Below, in pieces: positions 12,560 through 25,526 of a stretch of DNA of 63,900 nucleotides. The position numbers and the translations under genes are program-made. Under the pieces are notes generated by a model. That model did no database searches. It had not been told where the DNA came from and saw only the letters and a program-made list of their open reading frames with translations. Source of the stretch: Welwitschia mirabilis. Taxonomy: Eukaryota. Location of the stretch: NCBI GenBank assembly GCA_051453625.1, contig JBOZIK010000001.1:33012030-33075929 (forward strand), written 5' to 3'. How positions within the stretch are numbered: position 1 is the first letter of the stretch; every line of letters starts with the position of its first letter.

Positions 12560-15500
12560 AAATAAAAAAAAATATTAATAATGCTAATAATTCCACTTTT
12601 AAAGGAAGAGAGAATAAGAGCCAATGTTATACTTAAGCCTTTTTTACTCTTTTTTCAAAGTCAACTACTTAGATCTTGATTTTGATTATTTAAGTAATTT
12701 TTCATTTTCACTAAAACAAAATGCTCAGTTATGGTTTTATAGGTTTTTGAATCATACTTTTAAGGCTTGAAATGATCTTAGGTCATCTTTTCTAAGTAAA
12801 TATTAACATGTAGAATCATTCAAAACTTGAAAGATTAAATTTTAAATATCAAACAAAAAAGGATAAAAGATTTGATAAGTTTACTGATAGATATTAAATT
12901 TTAATAACAAAATGCCCAAACCATGAGATAAATCTTAGAGAAAGGATAAGAGATCTATTGAAAGAATTGAGGAGTGATACCTTATAAAAATTAAATATAA
13001 TACATGGAGGAAGTACTAGAAATAAAAATTCTTAGGAATTTAAGAAGCATATTGATAAACTGTATAGGATGAGTAAAGGATGAAATCAGAATGAAGAAAA
13101 ATAGAAGGAAAAAATAAATACAATTCAAGCTGAATCTAGAGAAGAAATAAAACATCAAAAATTATTTAAACAAACTAAATAAAATTAGAAGCCTTAATAA
13201 GAAAAGTAAATAGATTGAAATATGAAGAAGAGTAACAGATTTATGAGTATTATAGTAAGGATAATAATCGACAATAAATTATCCTTAGATACAGAAATTT
13301 ATAGCATGTTTAAAAATTAATAGAATTAACTGTAACCAAGCAATGCATTCCATGAAAGAAAGAAATCTTACCCATACCAAACTAGGAAGTGGGAGAATAG
13401 AATAAAGAATCCTATGTAGAGGTTTATTCAATCAAAAAGAAAACAAAAATATAATTATTATAGAAACTAGAAAAATTAAAAAGGGGATAGTAGTCATCCA
13501 AGTTATGATAAAGTAAAAAACCTAGATAAACTATAATACCAACTTAACCTCAATCAAAACCAAGAGAAGTAGGTTATAAAGTTATTGAAATGAGGTTAAA
13601 GAAAATGATTACTAAAGAATAGTCAATTCAAAATTTATGTGAAATTCAAAAGTCTTAACAAAAGAGGATATGCTACCCTATGCAATGAGGAGTAAGACAA
13701 TAAAAGACCTTAGGAAGAGGGGAAAAATAAAACTGAAATATTTTAATAAATCATCCACTATTTCATTATCTTTAATTAGAAATTCCATCTTTATTAGAAA
13801 TAAATGAAGGGTCTTTGCAAAAGCAAGAGGAGCAAAAACAAAGAAAAGAAGAAGAAAGTAAAGAATTTTAATTTTAAAAAAAAAGGGACCAAGTATTATA
13901 GGGTTCTACTCAAGATTCACAAAGAAATTAGATCAAAAAAATACAATGCTTTGGTACATTAGTAGTTGATATTATAGAAAAGGGAGCCTATAGGATAGGA
14001 ACATCAATAGCTTTAGGATCTAACATTAATATCATCCTCTATGAAACTTATAAAGTCTTCGGTAGACCCAAATTATTACCTTATTAGGTGCAAGTATATT
14101 TAGTAAATGGATCAGCAATAAAGTAATTTTATTTAGTAAATGGATGAGTAATAAAGCTTGAGTATATCATGGAAGACACTTTATTAAATTTCAAAGATTT
14201 GAATATTTAGTGGATTTAGTAGTAATGAAAACTAAAGGTAATACAACAAATTAAGATATTAGCTAAGTCTAAAATTAAACACTACATTCATAATAGTAAA
14301 GAGGAAAATGAAAATTTGATTATGATGTAAGTAGAGCAATGAAAATTAAAAGATCAAGAAGAAGATAATAAAAAATAATCATGAATTATATAACTTGTGG
14401 ATGAAGAAATTGAGTATCAAAAGTCACCTTAATAGGAAGGATTAGAATATATTAATATTAAGACAAATAAACCACTAGTTATAAATGATAACCTTAAAAT
14501 AGGGAATTAAAAAGATTTTTCATGAAAATATCCAAATATTTTTCTTGAACACATGCAAATATAATAAGAATAGACACTACTACATGTTAAAATAGAATAT
14601 ATTTAGATAATATAATTAAAACTATTAGATAACCAAAAAGAAGGTCTAATTCTTAGATATAAGAAGTTAATAAGACATATTGAGGTTATTAAAAGTAGTT
14701 TTTATCTATCCTATATCAGATTTAAAATGGGTAGGCCCCATGTAAGTTATACCAAAAAAGGGAAATAAATGGAGCATATGCATATACTTTAGGTTATTAG
14801 ATGCTAACTTATAATGATTGCTTCCTTTTATGCTTTGTTGACAAGGTCTTAAAGAGAATTTTAGGCCATCAATATTACAATTTTTTAGATGGGCATAGTA
14901 GGTATAATCTAGTTCCTAATGTAGCAAAGAATCAAGCAAAAATCACCTTTACTTGTATGTAGGAAACCTATGCTTTTAAAGTGATACCCTTTGGCCTATG
15001 TAATGCCTAATGACATTTTAAGCATTAGTTAATGGTCTATTTTAAAATGTAATTAGGAAATTAGTGGAAGTATTTATGGATGATTTTTTAACCTTTGGAA
15101 ATAATTTATAAGGAGCTCTTAAAAGGTGATAAGCTATACTTATCAGATGTAAAGAAAAGAGTTCAAAATTAGTTAGTTCAAGAGTCATCTTATGGTTATA
15201 GAACCTCTGTTAGAGGAATTGAGATAGATGTTAAAAAGATAAAAGTGATTTAAAAAATCTCAACACCTAGTAAATTAAAAGATTTATGGTTTTTTTTTTA
15301 GGTTATGTTGGCTATTATAGAATGTTTATTACTAATTTTTGGAAAACTGCTAAGCCATTAAACAACCTTTTACAAAAAGACATGCCTTATAAGTAAACTC
15401 AAAGTGTTAAGAGTACTTTAAAAATTTAGAGAATAAATTGATAAAATACCCTATTTTATAGAAATCCAATTGGAGCAAAACCTTTCATATTATGACTAAT

Positions 15501-17125
15501 GCCTTTAAATTTTCTATAAGAGCAGTTCTTTAGTAAAATAATGATGATAACAAATCCTATGCCATAGCTATACTAGCAAGATGTAAACCATCCTAATAAC
15601 ATTACACTATGATGTAAAAATAAATGCTTACTATAGGAATAGCATTAGAAAAATGTAGACACTACATTCTCAATTTTAAAGTTAAAGTCCATACTAATCA
15701 TAGAGTTATACAGTTTTTAATGAATAAAAATAAAGCTAATTGTAGAATAATTAGATGGATTATTCTTATGCAATAATTTGATTTAAAAATAATAAATAAA
15801 AAATAAGTGGAAAATGTGGTCATTAACTATTTAATTGGGTTAGAATTTTTAGATTATATAAAATAAAGTAATATCAGAAATGATTTTCCTAATGATCATC
15901 TAAATGGAATCCAATAAGCTTCATGGTTTATAGACATAGCTAACTTATTGGTAAGTAAAGAACTCCTTCTCATCTAACTTATTATGAAATGGGAGTGATT
16001 TTTAAGGAAGCAAAAAAAATATAAAATCTTATTTAAGATGTGTACAAATAGAAGAGAAGTATGAAGGATTAATATTAAAAACATTTCATTTAGAAGGAGT
16101 AGGTGACCACTACAGATGAAAAAGAAATGCCAAAAAAATATTATATGTAGGGTATTATTGACCCACTCTTTTTTGTAATGCATTTAATTATGATAGGAAT
16201 TATGATAGATGCCAAAAATAAGGAACTTAATCTTAGACCATGGAAATTCCTTAATAATGTATTCAAGCACTTCAACCCTTTGCTGTTTCGAGAATAGATT
16301 TTATTGGTTATGTCAATCCTAAGCCTAATGAAAAGTAATATATTTTAATATATATGAGTTACTTAACTAAATCAACTAAGGTTAAGGTTATTCTTAATTA
16401 TTTTATTGAAATTTTCATCAGTTTTTTATTGAAAAACATTTTTTATAGATTTGATATTCCTAGAATATTTATCTTTGATAGGGGAACTCATTTTACTAGC
16501 CATATCTTTGCAAAGTTTTTGTTCAAATTTATAATTCATCATAAGATTTCTTCTACTTATCATCCTCAATCTAATGATTAGATAAAGGTTATAAATAATG
16601 ATTTGAATAGAATAATAACTAAGAATGTTAATACTAAAAGAACTGATTGGTCGTTAAAGCTTGATGAAGCATTATAAGCCTATAGAATAACATGGAAAAG
16701 TAGCATAATTTTCTTTCCTTATGAACTTTTCTATGAAAAAGAGAAACTTTACCTATTGAATTAAAAATTAAATATTATAGATTAGCTAAATAATTATTTT
16801 GTAATATCCCTAAAGCACTAGAAAAATGGATTCAAAAGTTGAATAAGTTAGAGTGAGATAGAAGAGAAGTTATTATGAGGAAAGAGTTAATATAACAAAA
16901 AATTAAAACATGGCATGATAGAAATATGCAAAAAAATAACTTTAAAATAGGTGATATAGTATTAGTTTTTAATCCTAAATATGTATCAATAAAGCAAAAG
17001 TATGTTAACAAATGGATATGACCCTATACCATAACAAGAATATTACCTAATGGGGTAATGAAAATATTTAATGATGAGCTAAGGAGACTTACCAAATTAA
17101 TGAACATAGGACTAAAACTTATACT
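12560..17125 (+). pseudogene. Athila-like gag-pol relic (gag, protease, RT, RNase H, integrase)
   Basis: Decayed motifs: FSFSLKQNAQLWF (gag); GSNINII (PR); IPKKGNKWSICI, NFLDGHS.YN, IPFGLCNA, EVFMDDF (RT); PFHIMTNA (RH); NIFYRFDIPRIFIFDRGTHF, SSTYHPQSN (INT, ORF 16354). Many stops and frameshifts. No chromodomain or additional RNase H seen. Confidence 0.88.
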
Positions 17126-17435
17126 AAGGGAATTTATCTATTAGAAACACTAGAATAACCTTATAGAATAGAAAGGATCTTACCCTTGAAAAGATTAGTA
17201 TAAAGTTTAGGTGATAATGGTAAAGACTAAGGCTTTGAAAAAGAAAAGTGAATATTTTTCTATTTTGCAAACTTTTACTAATGGTTTCATTTTCAACATA
17301 AAACAAGTAAGACTTTAAAAGAGGAGGAGTTATAGAAGAGAGTATTTTTGAATATACGAAAAGTAGAGTACCAATGTAGTTATTATTAACATATATATTA
17401 AGAGGGAAAAAGAGAAGAGAGAGAAAAAAGTAGTA

Positions 17436-17600
17436 TCCTATTATAGATGCATGGCAAACATTCTTGAGAGGGGCCTTTGGTAGTGTAATAAGGTAGCTAT
17501 GAGAACTTGACTAAAGGATCAGTTGACCATGATCTAGATTAAAAATAACTTATAAGTTTATATCATTTTAGTAGTGGTTTCACTCTTCTTATTACAGATA
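17436..17600. other. Conserved, probably structured non-coding block, copy A
   Basis: Aligns with 44033-44184 (GGCAAA..AGAGGRGCCTTTGGTAGTRTAA..GGTAGCT..CCATGAT..GTGGTTTCACTC..AGATA), while the flanks do not align. Confidence 0.7.
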
Positions 17601-19469
17601 TTTTTCAACACTAATTAGAATCTTAAATTATAAAGGGATAGTTATGCTTTAGGTGTTATTTGAGGTATAGTTAGTTATCAATATTATCTTCAAGTCGAAT
17701 GTGCTAAGGAATTACTTAAAGAATAATTACATTAGTACAACTATTTTTAATAATTAAAATATTGAATAAAGCATCATTCTTCTATGATTGGATTAACAAG
17801 TTTTACAATGGAAATAAAATCTATATCACACCAAAACAAAAATAAGTATTAAAGTAAGAGACAATCATCATAATAACCATTTATTTTTATTGTAATAGTA
17901 GTTTTAAATAACTTCATTTTTAGCAACAAACTTTATTTTATAGGAGAGAGAATAAGTAATGGTAATAGATGCAATTAACTTAAGGTATCTATGAAAATCC
18001 TTATTTAGATAAGTAAGAACTTCAAAAGCTTTAATAAGATAAATCATCCTAAGAAATCCATTTTTCTAGGTGATTCTAATTAAAATAGAGGAAAGATAGA
18101 TTTAGAAATAGAATACTAAATTCTTAATTCTAATTCTTAAATTTGGCTAATAAATGATTCAAAGAATGCATCATACCCATTGAATTCATTAGTTAAGGTA
18201 GTTCTTAGCTCATAAGCTTAGATCCCAAGATATTTAGTTGTTAAGTAATGGGCTATGGGATCAAAACTAGGTGGAATTTCTCCATGACTAAACCTACATT
18301 TTCATTAAGGACATCATCTAAAGCTAATAAAACATCTATAATAATTTTATAAAAAGGGAATTCTAGAGAATACATCAAATCAACTATCACTTAGGATGAC
18401 ACCTATTTAATACTAGTAATGTTCATTTCAATTTAAGGACTTTATAACCTAAAAAAGCATATTTTGGCTTTTCTTCACCCAAGGAGGAGTTGGAGGAGGA
18501 GTTTGCACATCTGAGGAACTAGAATCCATGGAGGATTAGTAGATACAATGTTTTTACATAAATTTATAAGATGTAGGTAAAGCTTTTTTAGGATTTTTAA
18601 TTAACTAAAATAAAAATTAAATGACTAAGTAGTTAAAAAATTCATCATGAAATAAAAATAAAATCTAAAGATAAAAATTATTTAAAGGAAAATACATCTT
18701 GATCTTGATGTTTTAGATCAAATCTTACTTTCTTTAACTAAGATTTTAATATTTAACATGATTAAATCAAAGTATTAGATATCACTAAATCTTTTTTCAA
18801 AGAATCTCTTCATTGAATTTGTCGAAGGCATATGCATTAAACTCCACCANNNNNNNNNNNNNNNNNNNNNNNNNNNNNNNNNNNNNNNNNNNNNNNNNNN
18901 NNNNNNNNNNNNNNNNNNNNNNNNNNNNNNNNNNNNNNNNNNNNNNNNNATGAAATAAGAATAAAATATAAAGATGAAAATTAATTAAAGGAAAATCCAT
19001 CTTGACCTTGATGTTTTAGATCAAATCTTACTTCCTTTAACTAAGATTTTAATATTTAACATGATTAAATTAAAGTATTAGATATTACTAAGTCTTTTTT
19101 CAAAGAATCTCTTCATTGAATCTGTTGGAGGCATCTTCATTAAACTCCACCAAATAAACATGATCAACCTCCAAAAGATTCCTCTAAAGATGATCTCTAA
19201 AGAAGAATATTAATTTCATAGAAGACATTTTCAATGAGAAATGTTCTTTCCTTTGAAGTTCCCTTTAAAAAGATTACTTGATAGAGCTAGTAACAATCAT
19301 GTATCCAAAATTACAGATTGTTATCTTAATTAATACCACATCAAAAAAGGGCATGCACCATTTGTCAAATATCATTTAAAAAATTTCTAATCCCCTTTGA
19401 TTTTGTTTTTTTAAGTATGGCTTACTTTTATGCTTCTCATTATTCCACCTTAGCTTTAGTAAAGAGCAT

Positions 19470-20210
19470 GACGACCTCTTTTAAATAACTAGTAGTTGCT
19501 CAAAAACATTCCTTTGAACTATTTCTAATGTAAATCAAATGAATATTTTGATTCTTTATTAAATTGTATACCCTACTTATGGCCTAACTTATTTTTAAGC
19601 CCCTTTTTTACTCTTTTGGAGACCCCTTCAAAAAAAACATAATGATCTTCTTTGAGTAACTCATAGCTATTAAAGACCCCTTTTAAACTCTAAGAAAGAA
19701 AAGATAAGGAAGAGTATGAAGGACCTCTTTAAATAGCTAGTAGCTACTTAAAGATCCCCTTGAGTTCTCTTCCAAATTANNNNNNNNNNNNNNNNNNNNN
19801 NNNNNNNNNNNNNNNNNNNNNNNNNNNNNNNNNNNNNNNNNNNNNNNNNNNNNNNNNNNNNNNNNNNNNNNNNNNNNNNATGCTTCTCATTATTCCACCT
19901 TAGCTTTAGTGAAGAGCATGACGACCCCCTTTAAATAACTAGTAGTTGCTCAAAAACATTCCTTTAAAATATTTCTAATGTAAATGAAATGAATATTTTG
20001 ATTCTTTGTTAAATTTTATACCCTACTTATGGTCCAACTTATTATTAAGCCCCTTTTTGGCTCTTTTGGAGACCCCTTCAAAACAAACCTAATGATCTTC
20101 TTTGAGTAACTCATAGTTATTAAAGACCCCCTTTAAACATTAAGAAAGAAAAGATGAGGAAGAGTATGAAGAACCTCTTTAAATTGCTAGTAGCTACTTA
20201 AAGATCCTCT
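19470..20210. repeat. Cluster of short imperfect palindromes (three units, duplicated across the gap)
   Basis: Units such as TCTTTAAATAGCT-AGT-AGCTACTTAAAGA (~19726-19754), with relatives near 19477 and 19649, repeated near 19928, 20099 and 20176. Confidence 0.65.
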
Positions 20211-20719
20211 TGAGTTTTCTCCCAAATTAACAAAGTAAAAACATATTTAATAGTCTTGTGTTTAAAGGCCTTTTGATTTGATTAAAGATCCCTTTAACAA
20301 GCTATCAACCAATCTCGAAGGAAGATGTGGATTAAGGATAATAGAAAGTGATAAAAAGATGGATTGGGAGGTAATTTTCTATTCTAATTTTTGCATATTA
20401 CTAGAAATAAAAAATACTTGTTATTTTCTGAATTACTCTCATCTTTTTTTTTACTCACTATTACCATGTAAATCATCTCTTTTCTAGGTACATTATTACA
20501 TTTTTCTTTATTTTAGATGCATGAATATTAATCATGAGGTAAATCTTGGTATTTTTATTGATTTTATTATATTAATTCCTTATAAATGAAGGTTTTAATC
20601 TTCAAAACTAACCCTAGACTATTCAGTTTTTCTATAGAAGTTAAAATCATCCACATTGGGAATTTCACAAAATTGTTTAAAGGTTTGAGTTTTATCAAAC
20701 TAAAAAATAGGGTTCTAAA

Positions 20720-23085
20720 ATTACAATGGTGGAACTGGTTGACATTTTCTAAGAATTAGAGTAATGAAGAAAAGTATGACTTCTATAAAAACATATTTAC
20801 TTTTAATGATCATTTTACTTTATTCTCACAATTAATAACATTAACTTATAAGTAATACTAAAAGATATCAAAAATAGTTTCAGGTTATCTATTGAAGGAA
20901 GTAGTATTTTAGAGGAAAATAGGAAAGATGATATCATCCTCTATTTGAAACATTTTGTAAGTCTTAGAAATAAATACGAATAGATATATATTGATAAAAT
21001 AGGGATCTAGATATTTCCATAGTTACTAGAATTATGTCTTACAATTTATCCCTATTACTGATAAATAAAAAGATATGATCATTTAATGAGTTTATTTAAT
21101 AGATGCCATTTCAAAGTCTACTAGTGAGAATATTAGAATTTGTCAAACCATTTTATGACATATTTGTAAAGAAAACTGTTTTATAAAAAATATTATAAAA
21201 TCAATGAATATTAAATTAGGATTCCTTTTACTTATTAGAAGAATTCTACTTTGGAAAAATGTGCCTTGATTTTTTTCTTAAAATAAAAATAGTGTAGAAT
21301 TATCTATCTTATTCCTTTTTAGTGTACAAATGATACTTTCATTAGATCCCCTTACAAATAATTTTCTAACTTTTAGTTAAAAAGATTTTCTTTCACAATA
21401 AGGTTAAAACAATAAAAATAAAAAATAAAAACCTAGAAAACTCACAAAATATTTTACATTATAGAAAGTTCTTTTTTAGCCTAGTTTAAGTACATTTTTA
21501 AAATTAATAAAAGATGATAGTATTGCTTCTTTATGTTTATCTATCAATTCTTTGACTCTAAAACTACCACAATCTCAATGACTTCAACAAGAAAATCTAA
21601 CTGTTCAACAAAAAAAAAAAAAAGAGGAAATTTTTGGACTTAGAGAATGAGTTTTATAAAGAAAAAAATGAATTTTTAGAAATCAAAATTAGATAGACCG
21701 AGAAATGAAAAATCTAAGTTAGAATAAAAGTTAACTAATTAATCAAAGACTTTCTCTACCCACATCTCCTTTTTAAATGCTTAAAATAGAATCATAGAGC
21801 TAGAAAAATGAACTGTGTAAGGAGAGGAAAATGTTATAGTTACCTTCCTCCTATAAGAATAACACCTTAATAGATATGTTAAGATGTTTAGTGCTTTGCA
21901 AGAATTATGATGCAAAGTACATGGCAAAACAATAATATTTTATTACAATTATGCACAACAATGCATCTTTTCCATTTAATATTGAATATTTTAAAAAGAT
22001 ATATATGGATGGAAAAAGTATGCATTATAAGTACATGAAAATCTAAGAGGAGAACGAAATAATATTAAGATAAATGAGTAGAGGTACTAAATAAAACTCA
22101 AAATAAAGAAGAAGAAAAAGAACTACAAGAGAAGGAAATGTCTCTTATTATAAGAGAGTTAGTATCCTAGCAATTTCAAAATGTACCTTATAGGATTAGC
22201 TCTAAAATGATCAATGAAATAAAGGAATAAATTACAAAAATTTTGGAAAAATTTTAGCTACTACTAAAATTGGCAAGAAAAGTTTTGAGTTAGTCAAAGA
22301 ATTTTTAATCCCTTATAGTTAAGATAATCTTGTTCTAAAACTATAAAAAAAGAATAGTAGACTTATTTATGAGAATAAAGTATTTGAAATATAACTAGGA
22401 AAGCAAACAAGATTTAGTTCCTATGAAATACAAGTATCTCACAATGTAACTCATGAAAATTATATGATCATTTTGATAATTACAAATATGTTGTTAATAA
22501 CATAGTATAAAAAATAGAAGCTGAATAAGAAAAAAAATATTAAAATTATAGAACAAATTATAAATCGAATAAAAATCTCCTAGTAGAAGTGAGAAATAAA
22601 ATGATCTCTTTTTCTAAAGTAGCAAATGAGCTAGCCACTGCATGTAAAGAATTGAAAAAGAATCATAGCCTATTTGTAGTTACTGAATAGGACTTAGATA
22701 AACTAAAGGATCAAATAAACTAATTATTAAAAAGTATGAGGATGTTTCAAGAACTTTCATTAATATGTTTTTAAATAAAGAAGCAAAGGATCAAATTAAC
22801 TTAGTGATTTCTAAAAGTTCTTTAGTCTTCTCAGAAGCTAGTGAATCAATTCAAATGAAACTTCTATGACTCAAACAATATGAAAAACTACAAGATCTAT
22901 AGAGGTAACATAATTAAATGTAACTAAATTAGATTAAAATACTACAAATATAGAGGATTATTTTATTCTTAAGAAACAAATGGAAGAAATAAAAGAATTA
23001 GAATAAGCAAAGAAATCCAAATCAATTAATAAACTAGCTACAATAAAAAAACAATTTAAAAAGGCAAAATCTTAAGAGAGTTACC
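20720..23085 (+). pseudogene. Relic extra ORF between pol and PPT (env-like position), Lys/Glu-rich and coiled-coil-like
   Basis: Purine-rich coding-like composition. From 22568: NKNLLVEVRNKMISFSKVANELATACKELKKNHSLFVVTE*DLDKLKDQIN*LLKSMR. Stops are one transition from CAG/CAA. Ends just before the PPT region. No family recognised. Confidence 0.4.
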
Positions 23086-23164
23086 TTAATTTCTAGTTTT
23101 CTTTTATTTCTTTATTAAAATTCTTGTTGTTTTGAGGACTAACAAATAGTTAAGCATGGTATAG

Positions 23165-23991
23165 CCACTAAGTTATTAAATAAATAAAAATTTAATCTTA
23201 AAGTTATTAAAATGTTATTATATTTACTTAACATGTGAAAGTTTATTAACAAATTTGATAACTAAATTTCCAAAACTAATAATAAAAAGGAAAGGGGAAA
23301 CGATAAGTAGTAGCTAGGAGGTAGTCACATTATAATAACTAGTGGTAACACCTAAGGAAGTGGAATCTATTATTTAATGGACCCTCCCTATATAAAAAGA
23401 GGAGAAAAAGGGAGATGAGGATCTCTTTGGTTTTAAAAAATACATGCTTAAGAAAGATTATACGACAAGAAAAAAAAAATGTAAAGAGAATAGTTGAAAA
23501 GCTAAAATTCTATCTTCATGTATCACAAAAGGGTATTAATACTTTTTATTAAGTTTACTGAAATGCAATTATGATATAGCTTTCATGAAATTTAAAAATA
23601 TTTCATGTTTCTTTCCTTGCTCTTAGTATTAATTTAGCTAGATATTTAATGCTAAAATTTTGCATTACTTAAAAATAAATAGTGCATATTTTATCTAGTA
23701 ATCCTCATGCTTAATTCCTTTTCCTCTAGTTTTATACATGTATATAACTACTTGAATAAATCAAAACATAACTTTGTCAAAAATAATAGTTCTTAACAAA
23801 GGGAGTATCCTCATTAATAGAAGAATTATAGTCTTTAGAAAGCTTAGGATAAACTTAGATAATTTATTTTATGCATGATTTAGATCTATGTCTAGTAGTT
23901 ATGGCTTGTTATTTCCCTTTTTTGATTAGAATATCTTTAATATTTTATTTATATTTTTTAAGTTTTTAAGTGAATAAACCCAGACTTGTCA
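23165..23991 (+). repeat. 3' LTR of Athila-like element 1
   Basis: Colinear with 7178-7993 and ends CAGACTTGTCA. Preceded by TTGAGGACTAACAAATAGTTAAGCATGG (decayed Athila-type PPT context). 5' boundary is approximate. Confidence 0.82.
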
Positions 23992-24300
23992 CTTTCATAT
24001 AGAGAAAAGGGAGAAATAAAAAAACATAGAATAATGGTGTAATTACCCTGGAGATATACATTTCTCATGAAAGTGAAAAAGACAAAAATCTTATTAGCTA
24101 TCAATGTAACTATTATGAAATCTTAAAAGACATCATAGTTATAGACTATAGGAGGTTTAAGTCATATTTTTCTTATGTAAGTGGTTTAACATATTGCATT
24201 AAAGAGGATTCAAGAAGAAAATTTCATTTGAAAATAAATTAGAAATCAAAGATTTTTCCTCTTGTAGAACCCTTATGTAAAGAGCTATTTTTACAAGTGC
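23992..24300 (+). pseudogene. CACTA transposase relic, DUF4216 region, part 2
   Basis: FHIEKREK*..NNGVITL..SEKDKNL..NYYEILKDIIVIDYRRFK, then after a frameshift IFFLCKWFN. Matches the TQNSGV..YYG.L.DIIELDY..VLF.C.WF pattern. Confidence 0.8.
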
Positions 24301-24947
24301 ATAAAAGAATAATTAACTTGAAAAATATAACTCTATCTAACTTATTAATTAATCTAGTTTTTAGTTAATGTTAGTTAGATATCCTACTAGGGAGTGAACT
24401 TTATTTTCTTTACAAACTTAAGTCCCTTTATGAACATACATGATTCTTTGATTGCATCCCTCCTAAGGCTAAGATCCTTTTTAAGTATTGTTATTTTTCT
24501 TTTATTTTCTCAAGAATAATTTTCATGTTATTTGAGTAAACATATATTAAGTATTCCTAGCCACATTAGGTCCTTCACCTTATGTGAAGCTTAGGACTGC
24601 TTTACACCATGAATAAAGCATGTTCTTTCAAATATCTTATAATTATGCTCTAAAACAAGTTTAATCACTTTCATTGATTAAAGAAATAAGTGTATGTGTC
24701 TTTATTCCAACCAATGAAAATAAATATAAGTTGATGGAAATTTACAAAAATAATTTGATATTAATAGGGGGTTATAAATCTTTATCTTGAATGCCTAATG
24801 ACTTAAAATAGTTAAGTTAACATCACTAAAATTTATCTAAGATTTATTTAAAAGGAAGAAAAATGCATATAGAATGCTGTATTTATAATTAAAGGCATCA
24901 TATTCTTAATTCTAAGATTTTTAACATTAATGTAATAGTAAGTTAAA

Positions 24948-25526
24948 GATTTAAATTTAACACTTAAATTTGTAGATTTCTAGTTGTGTGAGCTAGAAGG
25001 TCATCAAATAGAGTCTTAAGATAGTGGTCAAATAATAAATTTATCTTATGATGGGCTAAGACTAATTCTTATTAATTTTTGAACCCTAGTATCCTTAACA
25101 ATTATTAAAGCATGATTTATAACACATCTAACAAAAAGAAATATTAGAGTAACATTGAATTGGAAAATTGTTGTAACACAAAAACGTTGTAGATTCCTTC
25201 AATATAAAAATATTTAACTAAGTAATTGATATCTTTATCTTATTATCCCAATGTAGGTTATATAAACCTTGAATTTATTAGTACTCAACAAATTATGATT
25301 AAAAGTAATATCTATAGCTTGAATGTTTTCCTTTTAGAGATTATGACTAGTAAACCTATAGTTTTTAAAGATGTTAATTGAGTTGAATAGGCTCAAAGGT
25401 ATGTTTTACAAGATTCTCAATGGGATGGAGTGGATGATCCAAACTTAGAAAGTACATATTATTTTTCTAAGCTCAATAAGTCATTAACATTATTAGGATG
25501 TCCACTTAAAGAAAAGGGAAAGGCAA
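24948..25526 (+). pseudogene. Receptor-like Ser/Thr kinase relic (subdomains VII-XI) with intron
   Basis: 24948: DLNLTLKFVDF*L (AKxxDFGL-like). After the acceptor ATGTAG at 25256: GYINLEFISTQQIMIKSNIYSLNVFLLEIMTSKPIVFKDVN*VE*AQRYVLQDSQWDGVDDPNLE..LLGCPLKEKGKA, resembling GYVDPEY..TQELTEKSDVYS.GVVLLE..NLVEW..VDP..CT..EGRARP. Confidence 0.72.

Larger units (their letters stand above)
7178..23991 (+). mobile_element. Athila-like (non-chromovirus Ty3/Gypsy) LTR retrotransposon, old and degenerate
   Basis: Related ~0.8 kb LTRs at both ends, PBS, gag-PR-RT-RH-INT order, and a degenerate 5-bp TSD (TTTTT 7173-7177 / CTTTC 23992-23996). Removing the element rejoins the CACTA frame. Confidence 0.8.

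Noticed and set aside
15974-17306. Minus-strand ORFs 15974-16183 and 17124-17306
   Set aside because: Hydrophobic antisense shadows of A-rich decayed pol and downstream sequence.
18280-18340. CCCH zinc-finger-like C-x6-C-x4-C-x3-H (CFISFR*CP**KCRFSH) on the minus strand
   Set aside because: It contains three stops, and an alternative frame is fully open over the same bases (KIIIDVLLALDDVLNENVGL), so it is probably chance.
19470-20300. Palindromic repeats with spacers as a CRISPR-like array
   Set aside because: Eukaryotic TE context, few degenerate units, irregular spacing, half the units come from a gap duplicate, and there are no cas genes.
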